Of a stretch of 64,000 nt of DNA, positions 1 through 14,764 are shown one piece after another (positions within the stretch are counted from its first letter, which is position 1; each line of letters begins with the position of its first letter). The notes beneath the pieces are model-generated. The model saw only the letters and a program-made list of their open reading frames with translations. It searched no databases and was not told the DNA's origin. Source of the stretch: the human T2T-CHM13v2.0 reference genome, Homo sapiens. The stretch is taken from the NCBI RefSeq assembly GCF_009914755.1, contig NC_060930.1; one strand, 5' to 3'. The position numbers and the translations under genes were made by a program.

Positions 1-41
1 AAATATAAATATAAATATGTATAAAATATACATATATACTC

Positions 42-190
42 TCAATTAATCCTCACAACATGTTTATAGTTCACTTTGCAGATGTGGAAACTGAGAAACA
101 GTGAGATTAAGCACAGCCTTTTCACAAGGTCACACATTAGTGAAGTCAGACAAATCCAGGCAGAATGTTCCAGAGAATGTATTTTCAATG
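42..190 (-). mobile_element. MIR SINE fragment
   Basis: ttaatcctcacaac...gcagatgtggaaactgag...caaggtcacaca matches the reverse complement of the MIR core. Confidence 0.7.
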
Positions 191-490
191 ACTATTACAC
201 ATAGTTAAAGGAGGAACAGAGAGAACTGTATTATCCAAAGTCATTCAAATCTGTAGCAGCTTTATCCAAAAAAAAAAAAAAACAGAAAGAGAAGTATATG
301 AAGTCCTTGCCTTCTGCTTTTCAAGTAGCAAGGCTAACTCCAGGCTTATGGCACATTTTAAAGCAGTGGCTTGCAACCATGCTGGACATTATAGTCATCT
401 GATGAGCCTTAAAAAAATTCTTTCATTTTTAGAATTGTTTTTATTAACTCTCATAGAAGTTTGAATTTTTTTAAATAGAAAGTGGAGCAC

Positions 491-2287
491 ACCAAAAAAA
501 TGGAAAAATATTGCATGTTCATGGATTGGAAAAATCAATATTGTTAAAATGTCCATACTACCCAATACAATCTACAGATTCAATGCCATCCCTACCAAAA
601 TACCAATGACATAATTCACAGAAATATTAAAAAATCCTAAAATTTACATGGAACCACAAAAGACCTAGGACCAAAGCTATCCTAAGCAAAAAGAACAAAA
701 CTGGAGGAATCACAACACCTGACTTCAATTTATACTATAGAGCTATAGTAACCAAAACAGCATGGTACTGGCATTAAAAACAGACACATAGACCAATGGG
801 ACAGAATGGAGAACCCAGAAACATGTCCACACACCTACAGTGAACCCATTTTTGATAAAGGTGCCAAGGATATACACTGGGGGATATCCATATGCAGAAG
901 AATGAAACTAGACCCCTGTCTCTCACCATATACAAAAATCAAATCAAAACAGATTAAATACTTAAATATAAGACTTCAAACGATGAAACCACTACAAGAA
1001 AACATTGAGGAAACTCTCCAGGACATTGGTCTGGGCAAAGATTTCTTGAGCAATACTCCACAAGCACAGGCAACCAAAGCAAATACAGACACATCAAGTT
1101 AAAAAGCTTCTGCACAGCAAATGATGCAGTCAACAAAGTGAAAAGACAACCCACAGAATGGGAGAGAATATTATTTGCAAACTACCCATCTGACAAGGGG
1201 TTAATAACCAGAATATATAAGGAGCTCAAACAACTCTGTAGGAAAAAAAATCTAATAATCTGATCCAAACCTGGGCAAAAGATTTGAATAGAAATTTCTC
1301 AAAAGAAGACATACAGATGGCAAGTAAGCACATAAAAAGGTGCTTAACATCACTGATCATCAGAGAAATGCAAATCAAAACTATAATGAGATATCATCTC
1401 ACCCCAGTTAAAATGGCTTATATCCAAAAGACAGGCAATAACACATGCTGGTGAGGATGTGAAGGAAAGGGAACCCTCATACACTGTTGGTGGGAATGTA
1501 AATTAGCACAAACACTATGGAGAGCAGTTTGGAAGTTCCTCAAAATACTAAAAATTGAGCTACCATGTGATCCACCAATCCTTCCCTGCTGTGTATATAC
1601 ACAAAAGAAAGAAAATCAGTATATCAGAGAGATCTCTGCATTCCTATATTTGTTGCAGCACTTTTTACAACAGCTAAGACTTGGGAGCAACCTAAGTGTC
1701 CATCAGCAGATGAACAGATAAGAAAATGTGGTACATATACACAATGGAGTACTATTCAGCCATTGAAAAGAATAAGATCCTGTCATTTGCAACAAAATGG
1801 CTGGAACCAGAGGTCATCATGTTAAGTGAAATAAGCCAGGCACAGAAAGACAAACACCACATGTTCTCACTTATTTGTGGGATCTAAAAATCAAAACAGT
1901 TGAACTCATGGTTATAGAGAATAGAAGGATGCTTACCAGAGGCTGGGAAGGGTAGTAGGGGTTGCAGGGAAGGGTGGGGATGGTTAATGGGTAAAAAAAG
2001 AAAAAACAGAAAGGATGAATAAGACCTACTATTTGACAGCACAATCAACTTATGATAGCCAACCATAACTTAATTGTACATTTTAAAATAATGTAAACAG
2101 TGTAATTGGATTGTTTGCAACTCAACGTATAAATTCTTGAGGGGATAGAGACCCCATTCTCTATGATGTGCTTATTTCACGTTGCATGCCTGTATCAAAA
2201 CAGCTCGTGTACCCCATAAATATATGTACCTACTATATATATATGTACTCACAAAAATTTTAAAAAATAAAATTAAAAAATTAAATA
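491..2287 (+). mobile_element. 5'-truncated L1 (L1MA1/L1MA2-like): 3' part of ORF2, 3'UTR and A tail
   Basis: ORF2-like translation (806..1102 MKLDPCLSPYTKIKSK); 3'UTR gggatctaaaaatcaaaac...gtaccccataaatata; degenerate TSD aaatagaaagtggagcac (473-490) / aaatagacagtgatcac (2288-2304). Confidence 0.92.
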
Positions 2288-2380
2288 AAATAGACAGTGA
2301 TCACTTTTTAAAGGATACTTGTTTTCTTGTATCAAATGGGTAAGAGTTACCTTTTAAGAGCTATTATTTTTCAAGTTTCT

Positions 2381-2790
2381 TGTTCTGAGCTTAACTGTGT
2401 TCCCCCACCCCTAATTCATATGCTGAAGTCCTAACCCTCAGTACCTCCAAATATGTTCTTATTTGAAGACAGGACCTTAATGAGATAATCAAGTTAAAAC
2501 AAGGCCATTAGAGTGGGCCCTAATCCAATATGACTTGTGTCCTCATAAAAAGGAAATCTGGGGCCAGACCCACATACAGGGGGAGCACTTTGTGAACATG
2601 AAGATGGCCGCCTACAAGCTAAAGAAAGAGGCCTGGAATAGAACATTGCCTCATAGGCCTTAGAAGGAGCCAACTCTGCCAACCTCACTCTAGGACTTCC
2701 AGCCTCCAGAACTGTGAGACAATCAATCTCTGTTGTTTAAGCCACCTAGTCTGTAGTTCTTAGTTATGGCAGCCCCAGAAAACTACTGCA
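2381..2790 (+). mobile_element. MaLR solo LTR, MLT1B-like
   Basis: TG...CA ends; attcatatgctgaagtcctaaccc, gggccctaatccaatatgact, ttccagcctccagaactgtgagac, tgttgtttaagccacc. Confidence 0.85.
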
Positions 2791-2848
2791 CTCCCTGAAA
2801 GACATTATTTCCCATCACTACTGGATTGCTAAGGGGAGAACATATTTA

Positions 2849-3159
2849 ATCTTTTTTTTTAAATTTTCTTTGAGACGGAATCTCACCCTGTCGCACAGGC
2901 TGGAGTGCACTGGTACAATCTCGGCTCACTGCCACCTGCAACCTCCGCTTCCCAGGTTCAAGCGATTCTCCTACCTCAGCCTCCTGAGTAGCTGGGATTA
3001 CAGGCGCCCGCCACCACGCCTGGCTAATTTTTTGAATGTTTAGTAGAAACAGGGTTTCACCATGTTGGGCAGGCTGGTCCCGAACTCCTGACCTCATGAT
3101 CCGCCCGCCTCAGCCTCCCAAAGTGCTGGGATTATAGGCATGAGCCACCACGCCCGGCC
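2849..3159 (-). mobile_element. AluS (AluSg-like)
   Basis: Full dimer; gacctcatgatcc diagnostic; TSD gagaacatattta at 2836-2848 and 3163-3175. Confidence 0.95.
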
Positions 3160-4120
3160 AGAGAGAACATATTTAGTGGATCAAAGAAAAATACTTGTCC
3201 TATGTAAGCATTTCTATTTTTTTTATTTTTGAGATACACCTGGATTTAATTTTTTTTAACAGTCTAGTTCAAAAGAACACAACTTGTTGTCTCTTTTGTT
3301 GTTTTCATCAAACAGTTGGGAAAATAGCCACGAACCAAGTATGAAGATTGCACATTATGCTGTGTGCTGTGCTCTATAAACAATGAACATAATTTTCTCA
3401 CTTATGAGATACTTTCCATGCTGGGCACAAATCTCTGGTTACACATCTTACACTGTGCGTGTTCAGGTTTCCATTTACATTTATATGTGAAAAGTATTTG
3501 GGCTGGCTGATAAACACACAGCAAAAGGAAGGAAATGGATCATTTACCTGAAGCATTTAGTCTGTTGCAGTTCCTATTATTCCTAACTGATCTACCCCAT
3601 TGATGTAAAAAATAGGAGGAAAAAAATGTCCCCTCTAAACAAGAGACTGTATTCAAGACATGACCGGTGTTGGTGCAACGACGACACTCCTGAGAGCAAT
3701 TGCCATGCCAGGCGACGTTGTATGTAAGCAGTGCTCCAGGGAGGTGATTCCAGAGCAGTCTCTCCCCACTGCCATCTGTTATGCAATATATTTCCTCTAA
3801 AATTGTATTCAAGCATGGAATTGAAATGTTTATCATTACCAGTAGTTTCCTAAAGTAAGGCACTTTTGGACATGACAAAGTAGCACCAGAATGTCTCTGA
3901 AATTCAAATTGCCCACTAGTTCTTTTAATCAGACCTGCACACACTGACTGTTTCAGGAGCATCCTGATTGGCCTCAGTCTCACGAGGTTGACCAGAGACC
4001 TGAATCAGTTGCTCTGGTGAGTGTCTGGCCCTCATTGTTGCAGTGTCTGCAACCTCATGGTTGCAGGAGGTTTGATCAGGATTTGGGGTTGAGCCCAGGA
4101 GGATGTCCTGGGATAGGTGA

Positions 4121-4501
<381 letters not shown>

Positions 4502-4610
4502 TAAGAAGCCCAGCTCTGGAACTACATACAAACCCTTAGATGGAAAGTGCAAGAGAGGAATTTGAAAGAAGAGACGGAGAATGATATGCAAGTGGAAGCT
4601 TGTTTAGAAG

Positions 4611-4898
<288 letters not shown>

Positions 4899-6221
4899 TC
4901 ACCGCAGAAAGTGAGGGACAACCACTGTGACCTGCAGTGGGGGTTTTCATAATGTGAAACGTGAAGGGCACATTGAACTCCTCTGAAGATTTGGAGTTGA
5001 GCCAGTCTTGAGCTTTGCTGCTGGTAAAATTCTTTAGTTAGGAGGAACAGAGACTCCTCAGAGTCACCTGAAGTACTACAGCCTAGTTATAAGGATCTGT
5101 GGCCAGAATCTCACTCAGGGAGGTTGCCTAGAACCCTGGTTGCAGTCATACGTCAGCTTCATGGAGATGAAAGTGTAATCTGGGAAAAGGACAATTGTCA
5201 TTGGGCTCTAAGACAAGTGGAACTTCTGATTATCTTCCCAACACCTGAGCACAACAGCTGTAGGTACTTGCTAGAGTGCTGGGCCATCGATGTAGCTCAT
5301 CTCCCTCTGATTCTGCTTTCCTATATATGCCTTTAGTCATCTATGACTATTACCAATTGTTTATCTATCATCGTGTGTCTCAAGGGTAGTATAGGTTTAG
5401 TTGATCATATTATGGCCTAGTTGCTGTCCAGTGAATAGGTGGATTTATCTTGGGTCAGTTCCTAACCCTTAACTCTAACCCATCTCTCGTCATGATGGGG
5501 AGGTCACGTGGTTTCCATATGGTGACACATGGAGGAACACTGTCGGTTGGCAGAGACTGTGAGTTTGGTACCATTCTGAGACCTATTTAGCCTAAAGCAT
5601 AACCAGCCCAAAAAGTCACAATGTGTGCAACTTTTATACTAACCTAATGGCCTAAATCATATTTTTTAATTAAGACTTTCGCACTCCTATTTTTTCAATA
5701 AGACTTTTAAATCATTCTTTTTATTTTATATTGCCTCTGATTTAAAAACCAAAACCTAATTCCATTACTGCTTCTGAAGGATCAAGTCTACACTTCATTA
5801 CTTGGCACTGAAATCCTTAATCAGGCCCAAACTACTTTCCTAACTTCCTCCTCCATTAGTGTTCTATTCTAACTTTTTCTACCATCTCATATTGCTCTCT
5901 TTAAATTTCTTTACCTACTCAAATCCTGCTCTTGAACTTTTTTTATTTTTGAGAAATATGGTAGGAACAATGCTAGATTTGGCCTCAGAAACCCGTGGAA
6001 GCACAGAGGAACCTGCTGTGTAAAATTGGATAAATCACTGGTTCTCCCTGGATCATTGTCTTCATTTATAAACTCTATTGAGTTCTATCATGTTATGTAA
6101 GCTCCTTTCTTCATTTTATACTTGCTGTAGGTCTGAGCAGTGACATGACTCAGTCTTCCCTCTAACTCTGTTTTCTCCTTCCTGAAGTTGTCACAAAGTC
6201 TCAGCTTTTATGGAAAAATTT

Positions 6222-6477
6222 GGTTGGGCATGGTGGCTCATACCTGTAATCCCAGCACTTTGGGAGGCCTAGGCGGGTAGATCAGTTGAGGTCAGGAATT
6301 CGAGACCAGCCTTGCTAATATGGTGAAACCCTGTCTCTATTAAAAATACAAAAAAATTAGCCATGTGTAGTGGCATGCGCCCATAGTCCCAGCTACAGTG
6401 AGCCGAGATCACACCACTGCACTCTAGCCTGGGTGACAGAGCAAGACTCCATCTCAAAAATCAAAAATAAATAAAAA
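6222..6477 (+). mobile_element. AluS with about 50 bp deleted from the right arm
   Basis: cccagctac joined directly to agtgagccgagatc at about 6395. Confidence 0.93.
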
Positions 6478-6961
6478 TTCATTATGATTATATCTCATAG
6501 AAGCATTTGTCCTATCATCTGCTCCCCTGCCTTCCTGCACCCCCTAGAGCAGCTGTGTAGTACAGGAGGAGTGCGTCTAGTCAATGGGTTTTTGTCCTGT
6601 GAATCTGTGGGTTTCTTTCCTTATTGAGCCCCTGATCCTCTTAAATGACTTCTGAGAGCCCCACGCACTAAGAGATAGTCTGATCCATTGTCAAACTTCT
6701 GGCCCCCTTTCTGGCTAGTCGAGACTCAGCACTCACCGAGGCTCAGAGACAGGGATTATTCTCTCCTCCTAACAGTTCTCTTCCACTGCCACCTTGAGAC
6801 CACTCTTTTTCTTCCCCTGATATCCTGAACAATGACCACCAGGCCCGCTGCCTGCTGTCTGGGTAGAGGTATAATGAAATCTCCAGGAACTTAGTAGCTA
6901 ATATTCCATTAAATGTTTGTCAAGTGAATTCACTAACACAAGAACAGGAATAAATGGACAT

Positions 6962-7112
6962 ATAAGGCAGAGAAAACAGAGAATGAGATTGAGAGAAACA
7001 GAAAGAGATGGAGAAGAAAGGGTAGAGGAGGAGGAAGAGGAAGAGCAGAAGGGGGAAGGATGGAGAAAGAAGAGGAAAAGAGGTGGCAGGAGAGGAAAAA
7101 GGGAAGGAAAAT
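6962..7112 (+). repeat. GA-rich purine low-complexity tract
   Basis: gaggaggaggaagaggaagag...; source of ORFs 6917..7117 and 6898..7197. Confidence 0.85.
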
Positions 7113-7491
7113 GGTGAGAATGCATCTGGGCCTTAATTAAACATTTTCTTCCCTCTGTCCTCCGTGGCTCCGCCTCCCAGCTGCATTCATCCACCAAGTC
7201 TCTATCGGTCTGTGTCCTCTCCTATCCTTCTGGTGAGTGCTCTATAGAATGAGGGAATCAGCACTTCCTGCCCCCCAGGGAGTACCAACACACCACAGGT
7301 GGCAAAATGAAATGTGTTTTAAAGAAGGCAACAAGAGCAGAAAAGGAGCTGCTAATTTTGTCTGGGGAGATCGAGAAAAGCCTGATGGAGGAGATGGCAT
7401 TGGGTGAGTTCAGTAAGATCAGCAAGATTTGTGAGGCAGCGAAGGTGGCATCTGACACAGAGTGAACAGCCTGTAGAAAGATGAGCTGATA

Positions 7492-8515
<1,024 letters not shown>

Positions 8516-9321
8516 GCTAAGCAGAATAAAAGTATACACGTAGAACAGTACATTTAAAATACCAACACAGTCAAACAAAGCATATTAGACACTAGCCCTG
8601 ATTTTATAATTTATATTTCTGGTTTTTAAAAGCTCATTGAAATTTTAAATTAGGCTATATTAATGCCATGTGAATAAATTATAGTTCTGAATTTAAGATT
8701 AGATTCAATAAATGTGAACCATGTAATAGTTATTAACTTAAAAATAAATCACTGATAATATTTGTCTCATGCCTTTTGGGCACCTATTTTCTGTGATTTT
8801 GGGAAAAGCATTCATTTTTATTTACATCAAAATTAATAAAACAGAAAAATTAAGATATTACTTATTTTGAGGGGTAGATGAATGAAATGAATGAATGAAA
8901 ATTATTTCATTCATGGTTGCGAACTCATTTATAAAAGCCCTCCAGAAATGGCTGAAGAATTTGCCATGCAAGTATTAGCACAATCCAAATATTAATAAAT
9001 ATTTAGTTCTTTGGCATACGCCTGAAATGTGGGTCGGTATAAACATATCTTCCTCAACAGAGTGGTAAGAAAATATTGGCTGGAATGATTTAACTGAAAT
9101 GTTTGCAGTTGAGTATTTTTTAAATAAATAAATTACATTAACCACAGTTTGAAATATACCAAAGACATAAATTCCTTTACTATGATTCTGCTCTTCTAGA
9201 TGAGAGGTCACGACTTTCATCTTGGCTTTTATGTTGATAAAACAAAATGCTGCAGAGGCTCTGGGGAATGAGGAGTGGGTCACATGTGTGGTTACATTTA
9301 AGGTCCACAACCTCGTAGGTG

Positions 9322-9709
9322 GTGTGATGTTGGACCTTTGCCTTAACCTTTCTGAGGCTCAATGTCCTCATCTGCAACTACTTGTGCAGTCCCTGTGAGG
9401 ACTGAGTGATAGGACAAGCTGAAATGATTATTTCATTATATATTTCATATATATTTATTCATATATATTTCATATATATTTATTCATATATATTTCATAT
9501 ATATTTATTCATATATACTTCATATATATTTATTCATATATACTTCATATATATTTATTCATATATATTTCATATATATTTATTCATATATACTTCATAT
9601 ATATTTCATATATATTTATTCATATATACTTCATATATATTTCATATAATGAAATTATTATTTCATTATATGCCACGGTCTGGCATATAATAGGTGCTCA
9701 ATAAATGTT
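9322..9709 (+). mobile_element. MIR split by an AT-rich minisatellite
   Basis: cttaacctttctgaggctcaatgtcctcatctg before the array; tctggcatataataggtgctcaataaatg after it. Confidence 0.65.
9441..9649. repeat. AT-rich minisatellite, mixed 11-bp (tata(t/c)ttcata) and 14-bp (tatatttattcata) units
   Basis: Visible directly; periodic translation in ORF 9406..9690. Confidence 0.92.
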
Positions 9710-9929
9710 CCCCTCCCTCCCTCTTTTCCTGGGGATTCCTCGGTCACTATGACCTGCCATTAGTCTGCAGCAGTGACTGCATTCATACTGTTGCTCTTCG
9801 GCTTTAATAGTTCTATTCACTAGCCATATGATACTTTCAGAATATTAATTAGTAAACAGAGAGGGAGTGATGTTTGGTTCAGATAACATTTGTTCCTTTG
9901 TTTGGAGTGTTAATAAATAAATTCTAGTT

Positions 9930-10308
9930 TGTATTAGTCTGTTTTCATACTCCAATAAAGAAATACCCGAGACTGAGTAATTTATAAAGGAAAGAGGTTT
10001 AATTGACTCAGTTACGCATGGCTGTGGAAGCCTCAGGAAACTTACAATCATGGCAGAAGGTGAAGGAGAAGCAAGTACCTTCTTCACAAGGCAGCAGGAA
10101 AGAGAGCTAAAGGGGAAGTGTCACACTTTTAAACCATCAGATTTTGTGAGAACTCTCTGACTATCACTAGAAGAGCATGGAGAAAACCACTGCCATGATT
10201 TAATCACTCCATCTCTTGATACATGAGGACTGCAGGTCCCTCCCTTGACACGTGGGGATTACAGTTTGAGGCGAGATTTGGGTGGGGACACAGAGCCAAA
10301 CCTTATCC
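9930..10308 (-). mobile_element. THE1D-like solo LTR
   Basis: tgtattagtctgttttcatact...gatttgggtggggacacagagccaaacc; perfect TSD TAGTT (9925-9929, 10309-10313). Confidence 0.92.
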
Positions 10309-11264
10309 TAGTTGGATAGAGCAAGTTGAAATTATGGGACAAAAGTTTCTCCTTGGTAATTTAATTATTGAGATCTAGTTGAGGCTCTTCTCTTCTTGTG
10401 GATCTCTCTTTCTTTGTTATGTGAGGGGTATCATATCCTGGATGGTCTTTCTTTAGGTGAGTCTTATTCATACCTGATATGAAAAGATGCTGTCCTCTGA
10501 ATTGGAGATTTGCAGAATTACACTAACTCAAAGGTTTATAGGCAATATTATTCTTCAGGGAGAGTATACCTTGACAAGCAGGTGAGAGACACTCAGGAAC
10601 TTCAAGAAAATAAGGACCTCTTATGGTGGTTGTGTGTTCAGCCCTGGCCTCCATGCCCTTGGGCCTCAAATTATGGAAAAGTACCCGGAAAAAGCAACTT
10701 TTCTGATTCATTGGCCTTTGGAATTGTTTTGTGACTTATAGACTCTACTTAGAACATAATTATGCCATTTCCATCTTCACAAATGTGGCATACTCTTGAA
10801 TCTAAGCTGCAGGGATAGCTTTATGAAATGGAATTGCTCCACAGTGCTTTAAATGGAAATTGCTGCATCAGCTACATGGCAGTATCTATTCTGGAAGCTA
10901 ATTGAAATTGCTCTGGCAGATGCCGGAAACAAATGCTGGGTTACATTAGCTTATGGGGGTCTCTTTCTCCACTGTGTCACATGCAGAACTCATCACACTG
11001 TCCTGGATTCTGGGAATGCGCACAGGGCTAGGGCTAGGAGAAAGGGAATTTGGCCATTGCCCTCCATATAGCAAATACTTCCAATGGCATCCAAGTCTGT
11101 CTGTGACTGACAGATGCCTTGTATACAATAATAATGCCTGTTTCCATAACTACCACCCAGGTTTGTAGATATTGATTCAATGTGAAAGTGTTTCAAAGAT
11201 AAAACTTACTGAGCAAGTGAGTAATTTAATTTTTTAATATTGATTCTGTCATTATATCAATATT

Positions 11265-11920
11265 CATTTAGCCTTTTGTTCAACAAACATTTATTGAGTG
11301 CCTAATAAGAATGACAAAACTTTATATTCAATAAATTTCAGCTTAGAATATACTCCAACAGGCTACTTTTTATGTTTTGACTCATTTAATCCTCATAGTA
11401 ACCTTAGAATCTCTATTTTATAGGTGAGGAAACTGATATAACTAAGGCAAAGAGGTGAAGTGAGTTCTTCAAACGTTGGTTGAGTGCTTTGAATGTTCTG
11501 GGCACTGGGCTGGATGCTAGGAATACACAGAGCAATAAGACAGCGCCATGCTCATCGGCATTAACGTGTAGGTTTGGAGGAAGGATAAGAACAGAGAAAT
11601 TGACCAGCCTGTGTTTAATCCAAAAGGTGGACAGGCAGCTCAGTGTTGGGGGGAGTCTCATGAAGGGATAATTGGTAGCACTTGAGACTGAGTAGTGGGG
11701 CAACATGAGGGGGAGCAGATTCCCAGAGATTGGGAGGAAGGTGGGGCTGATTGGAGCCTGGGGCATCTCTGGGAAGTAGGCTGGTCCTACAAGAGTACTT
11801 TGCAGCCAGTGGTGAAGATATAGGAGGTCAAATAAAGTAAGTGATGAGAAACAGAACAGATAGAGCAAGGTAAGATCAGAAACGCAGGGTGACTGTCACC
11901 TCTGTGTAACCGTGTTGTGA
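11265..11920 (-). mobile_element. L2 3' fragments with an embedded MIR
   Basis: ttcaacaaacatttattgagtgcc; ctcatttaatcctcata...gaggaaactga; gggcactgggctggatgctaggaatacac. Confidence 0.6.
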
Positions 11921-12283
11921 GGAGACGGAGAGTACCACTAACACCCAGTCCTTGGCGGGAGCCCATTATCTAGTCAGTCTGGAGAGCTTCAGTCCCTCCC
12001 CTGACCAATGTGAAGCTTGCCCCTTAGGGCACCTGACTGCCTCATGAGCTCAGCGAGGATATTTAAAGAAACCACCCAAGTTTGTTCCTGTGACCTTTCC
12101 CCTTTTTACGAAGTCATCTGAACAACACCTTTCTACTTAGGAGATTCATCTCTTCAAAGTACTATATTCCTGAATCAATGTTTTGTCAACATTTCTAAGT
12201 TACTTCATCTTTTAAAGAGGATGTGTCTTATGAGGAAGTTGGAATTCTTTGCAAAAACATAGCAAAAATGGGAGCTATCCTTC

Positions 12284-12395
12284 CAGGATCTTGCTATGTT
12301 GCTCAGACTGGCCTGGAACTCCTGGCCTTAAGCAGTCCTTCCTCCTCTGCCTCCCAAAGCTGTGTGATCACAGGCGTGAGCCGCAGCACCCGGCC
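12284..12395 (-). mobile_element. FLAM / AluJ left monomer
   Basis: tcttgctatgttgctcagactggcctggaactcctggcc...gcacccggcc. Confidence 0.85.
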
Positions 12396-12727
12396 TTTCC
12401 TGCTCTTGTGAAAAGCTGGCTGTCTTGCTCATCTCCCTCACCCCTGTATGTTTTTATGCTGTGGGCAGGGCCGTGACGTGCACAAGACATCTTTCACAAT
12501 CTTATTTTTTTTAAGTATGAAGCAAGACATCTAAAATGAGAAAAAATAGAAATCACCATGTATTTGAAATGAATTATTGACATGAATTCTGCATTTATAG
12601 CTGAACTTCCTAGCGGCCAAGATAAAAACATAGAAATGCATTGGGTTATTTACTTTTCATATTCCTGCAGAAAAGAAGTACACACCTTAATCTTGAGAAA
12701 AACTTCCCGAGTTTGTATAAGATCCAT

Positions 12728-12796
12728 GGCAGATATGCAGATACTCATGAGGCAGATACGCAGATACTCATGAGGCAGATATGTGGATACTTGTGA
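12728..12796. repeat. 23-bp tandem repeat x3 (ggcagatatgcagatactcatga)
   Basis: Copies start at 12728, 12751 and 12774. Confidence 0.9.
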
Positions 12797-13747
12797 GGAT
12801 ACGTTTAAGTAAAGATATTCCTTGATAGTCCTAAGGTCACAAATTAATCCAGGAAGAGATCCTTGTTATCTGTCTCTAAATAAATAGAATTGAAGAAGGA
12901 AAATTGTGCTATTTCTGCTTTTCTGTTATTTCTAAGAGTGAGGAAGAGCTGGCCCCTTCAGAAATTCTTTGGAAACAGACCAGTCAGGGGAAAGGTGTTA
13001 GCAGTATCAGGGCCTACAGATAACTGTTGGCTGCAAGAGAGGGTGGACCATCATCATGGTTACCCTGTGTCTGGAGAGGCCATCACAAAGTGGAGCCTAC
13101 TGCCTGACAAGGGGGAGGCCACCTACTTGATGATAACTCCTCAAAGGCTGATACCCAGTCCTGAGAGTTCTCCAAGGCCCTGCTGGCTGTCCCTGATGGA
13201 GTCACTGCAGAGGGTCTAGTGGAATCCTAAGAGACAGCAGGAAGCTTCAGCTGCCTTCTTTTATGGTTAATGACTTAGTGATACATTATTACCATTTGAA
13301 TTGTTAAGGCTTCTACGTGAAATATAATGTTTTTAATCAAAATAAGTTGAATGTTGTTGTTTGGTCCCCGGAGCCACGTGTAGCCCTTGTGGGAATGAGC
13401 AATGACACTGTTCTTGGCATCACAGTGCCCTTCCCCTGCTTAGGGAAGCCCCGTGCGTTCCATCCTTCCTTTCCTCGAGCTTCTCTTCCTCCATCCACCA
13501 CCCACTCTCCACGCCACTTCTGCAGCTCTGAGCACTGGCCTGCACAGCGCCCTTGCTCATTTTCTTCTTGTGCTTCTCCCCATCCATGGGATGATTCTTG
13601 TCTCTTCTGCTCACAGATTCTGGCCCCAGCCTTACTCCCGTACGACCCCTTACCCAGCCAGCTTTGATCACTTCTCTATTTAGCGCTGCTCTCACAATGA
13701 AGGGCACAGTTCACAGCATTTGATTCGCATTTCTATGCCTGTAACCT

Positions 13748-14267
13748 GTATTTATTGTGCACCAATTATGTGCAAAGCCTGGGCAGAAATTCTGCCTTCA
13801 AAGAATTTACAGCAGTGAAGGAGATAAGCCACAGGTATACCTAATTCTGCTTCAAGGTAGAAGAAGTAAATGCCATAAGAGCCATAAGATATATTACAGA
13901 GGGAGAAAACACTTCTAGAAGGACCCGGAGTGATTTCGTGAAGGATACTGTGTTCCCCAAAGAAGAGCTTTCTCACTGGTGTGCTGGGAGTTGAAGGCAG
14001 GTGAATTAAGTAGCCATCGCCTCTGCTGGAAGGACGTGGCTGGCTTGGAGGCTTACCTCAGGGGCTGTACAAAGAGCTTCATGTCCTATGTGTGTCCCCA
14101 AGTGGAGCTGATCAGAACATCTTCTTAAAGAGGGGGTCAATTTGGATGTTGGGACTGTGTTTGAGGAATAGTTAGAAGGGAGACAAAGTTAGAAGAAAGA
14201 ACCGTGGCTCTTGTGTGTTTGTGTATGTGAGTGTATGTTTGTGTGTGTATGACTGTGTATGTGCCTC

Positions 14268-14304
<37 letters not shown>

Positions 14305-14758
14305 ATGCGCGCGCATGTAGGGAAAAATTTGGAATATAGCAAATTGCAAATAGGCAATCATAAAGGTGGGTTGGAGCATCATCACAGAGGGTCTTACGTG
14401 TCGGGCTAATCACTTGAATTTTACTCTGAAGTTAGAGCAGAATGATGTAATCAGAGCCAAGCTTCCTGTATGCTTTTACATACTTCTCAAGTTAAAGGGG
14501 GAGAGAGACTGGAGATGAGAAGACCTTGGAGAAAGCTTATGAAATTTTAGAAGTATGAAATAATGAAACGTGAAATAAAACAGTGACAGTGAGATCATGA
14601 GGTTGGACAGATGCCGGAGGTGTTTTGGAAAGATAGTCAATGGAGCTTGACTTCTGATTGGAGGAAATCCAGTGCATGAGTCAAGGTTGGAGATGGGAGC
14701 AGGAGAAAGGGAGAGTCAGGGATGATGCCAGAGCCTTCAGCCTGGTAACTGGGTGATG
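13748..14758 (-). mobile_element. L2 fragments
   Basis: tatttattgtgcacc...ctgccttcaaagaattta; gagagtcagggatgatgccagagccttcagcctggtaactgggtg. Confidence 0.6.
14212..14319. repeat. (TG)n-(CG)n compound microsatellite
   Basis: gtgtgt...gtgcgcgcgcgcacatgcgcgcgcatgt. Confidence 0.95.
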
Positions 14759-14764
14759 CTTACA

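Noticed and set aside
871-892. Apparent ~40-bp deletion in L1MA ORF2 at cactgggggatatcc
   Set aside because: Routine microhomology deletion in a dead L1.
3540-3983. 147-aa minus-strand ORF
   Set aside because: Non-ATG start, no recognisable domain and no splice context; an ORF of this length is expected by chance in 64 kb.
11413-11868. 151-aa hydrophobic minus-strand ORF
   Set aside because: Lies over MIR/L2 relics; composition artefact.
12728-12796. Short direct repeats resembling a CRISPR array (also 45782-45890)
   Set aside because: No unique spacers, no cas genes, primate DNA.
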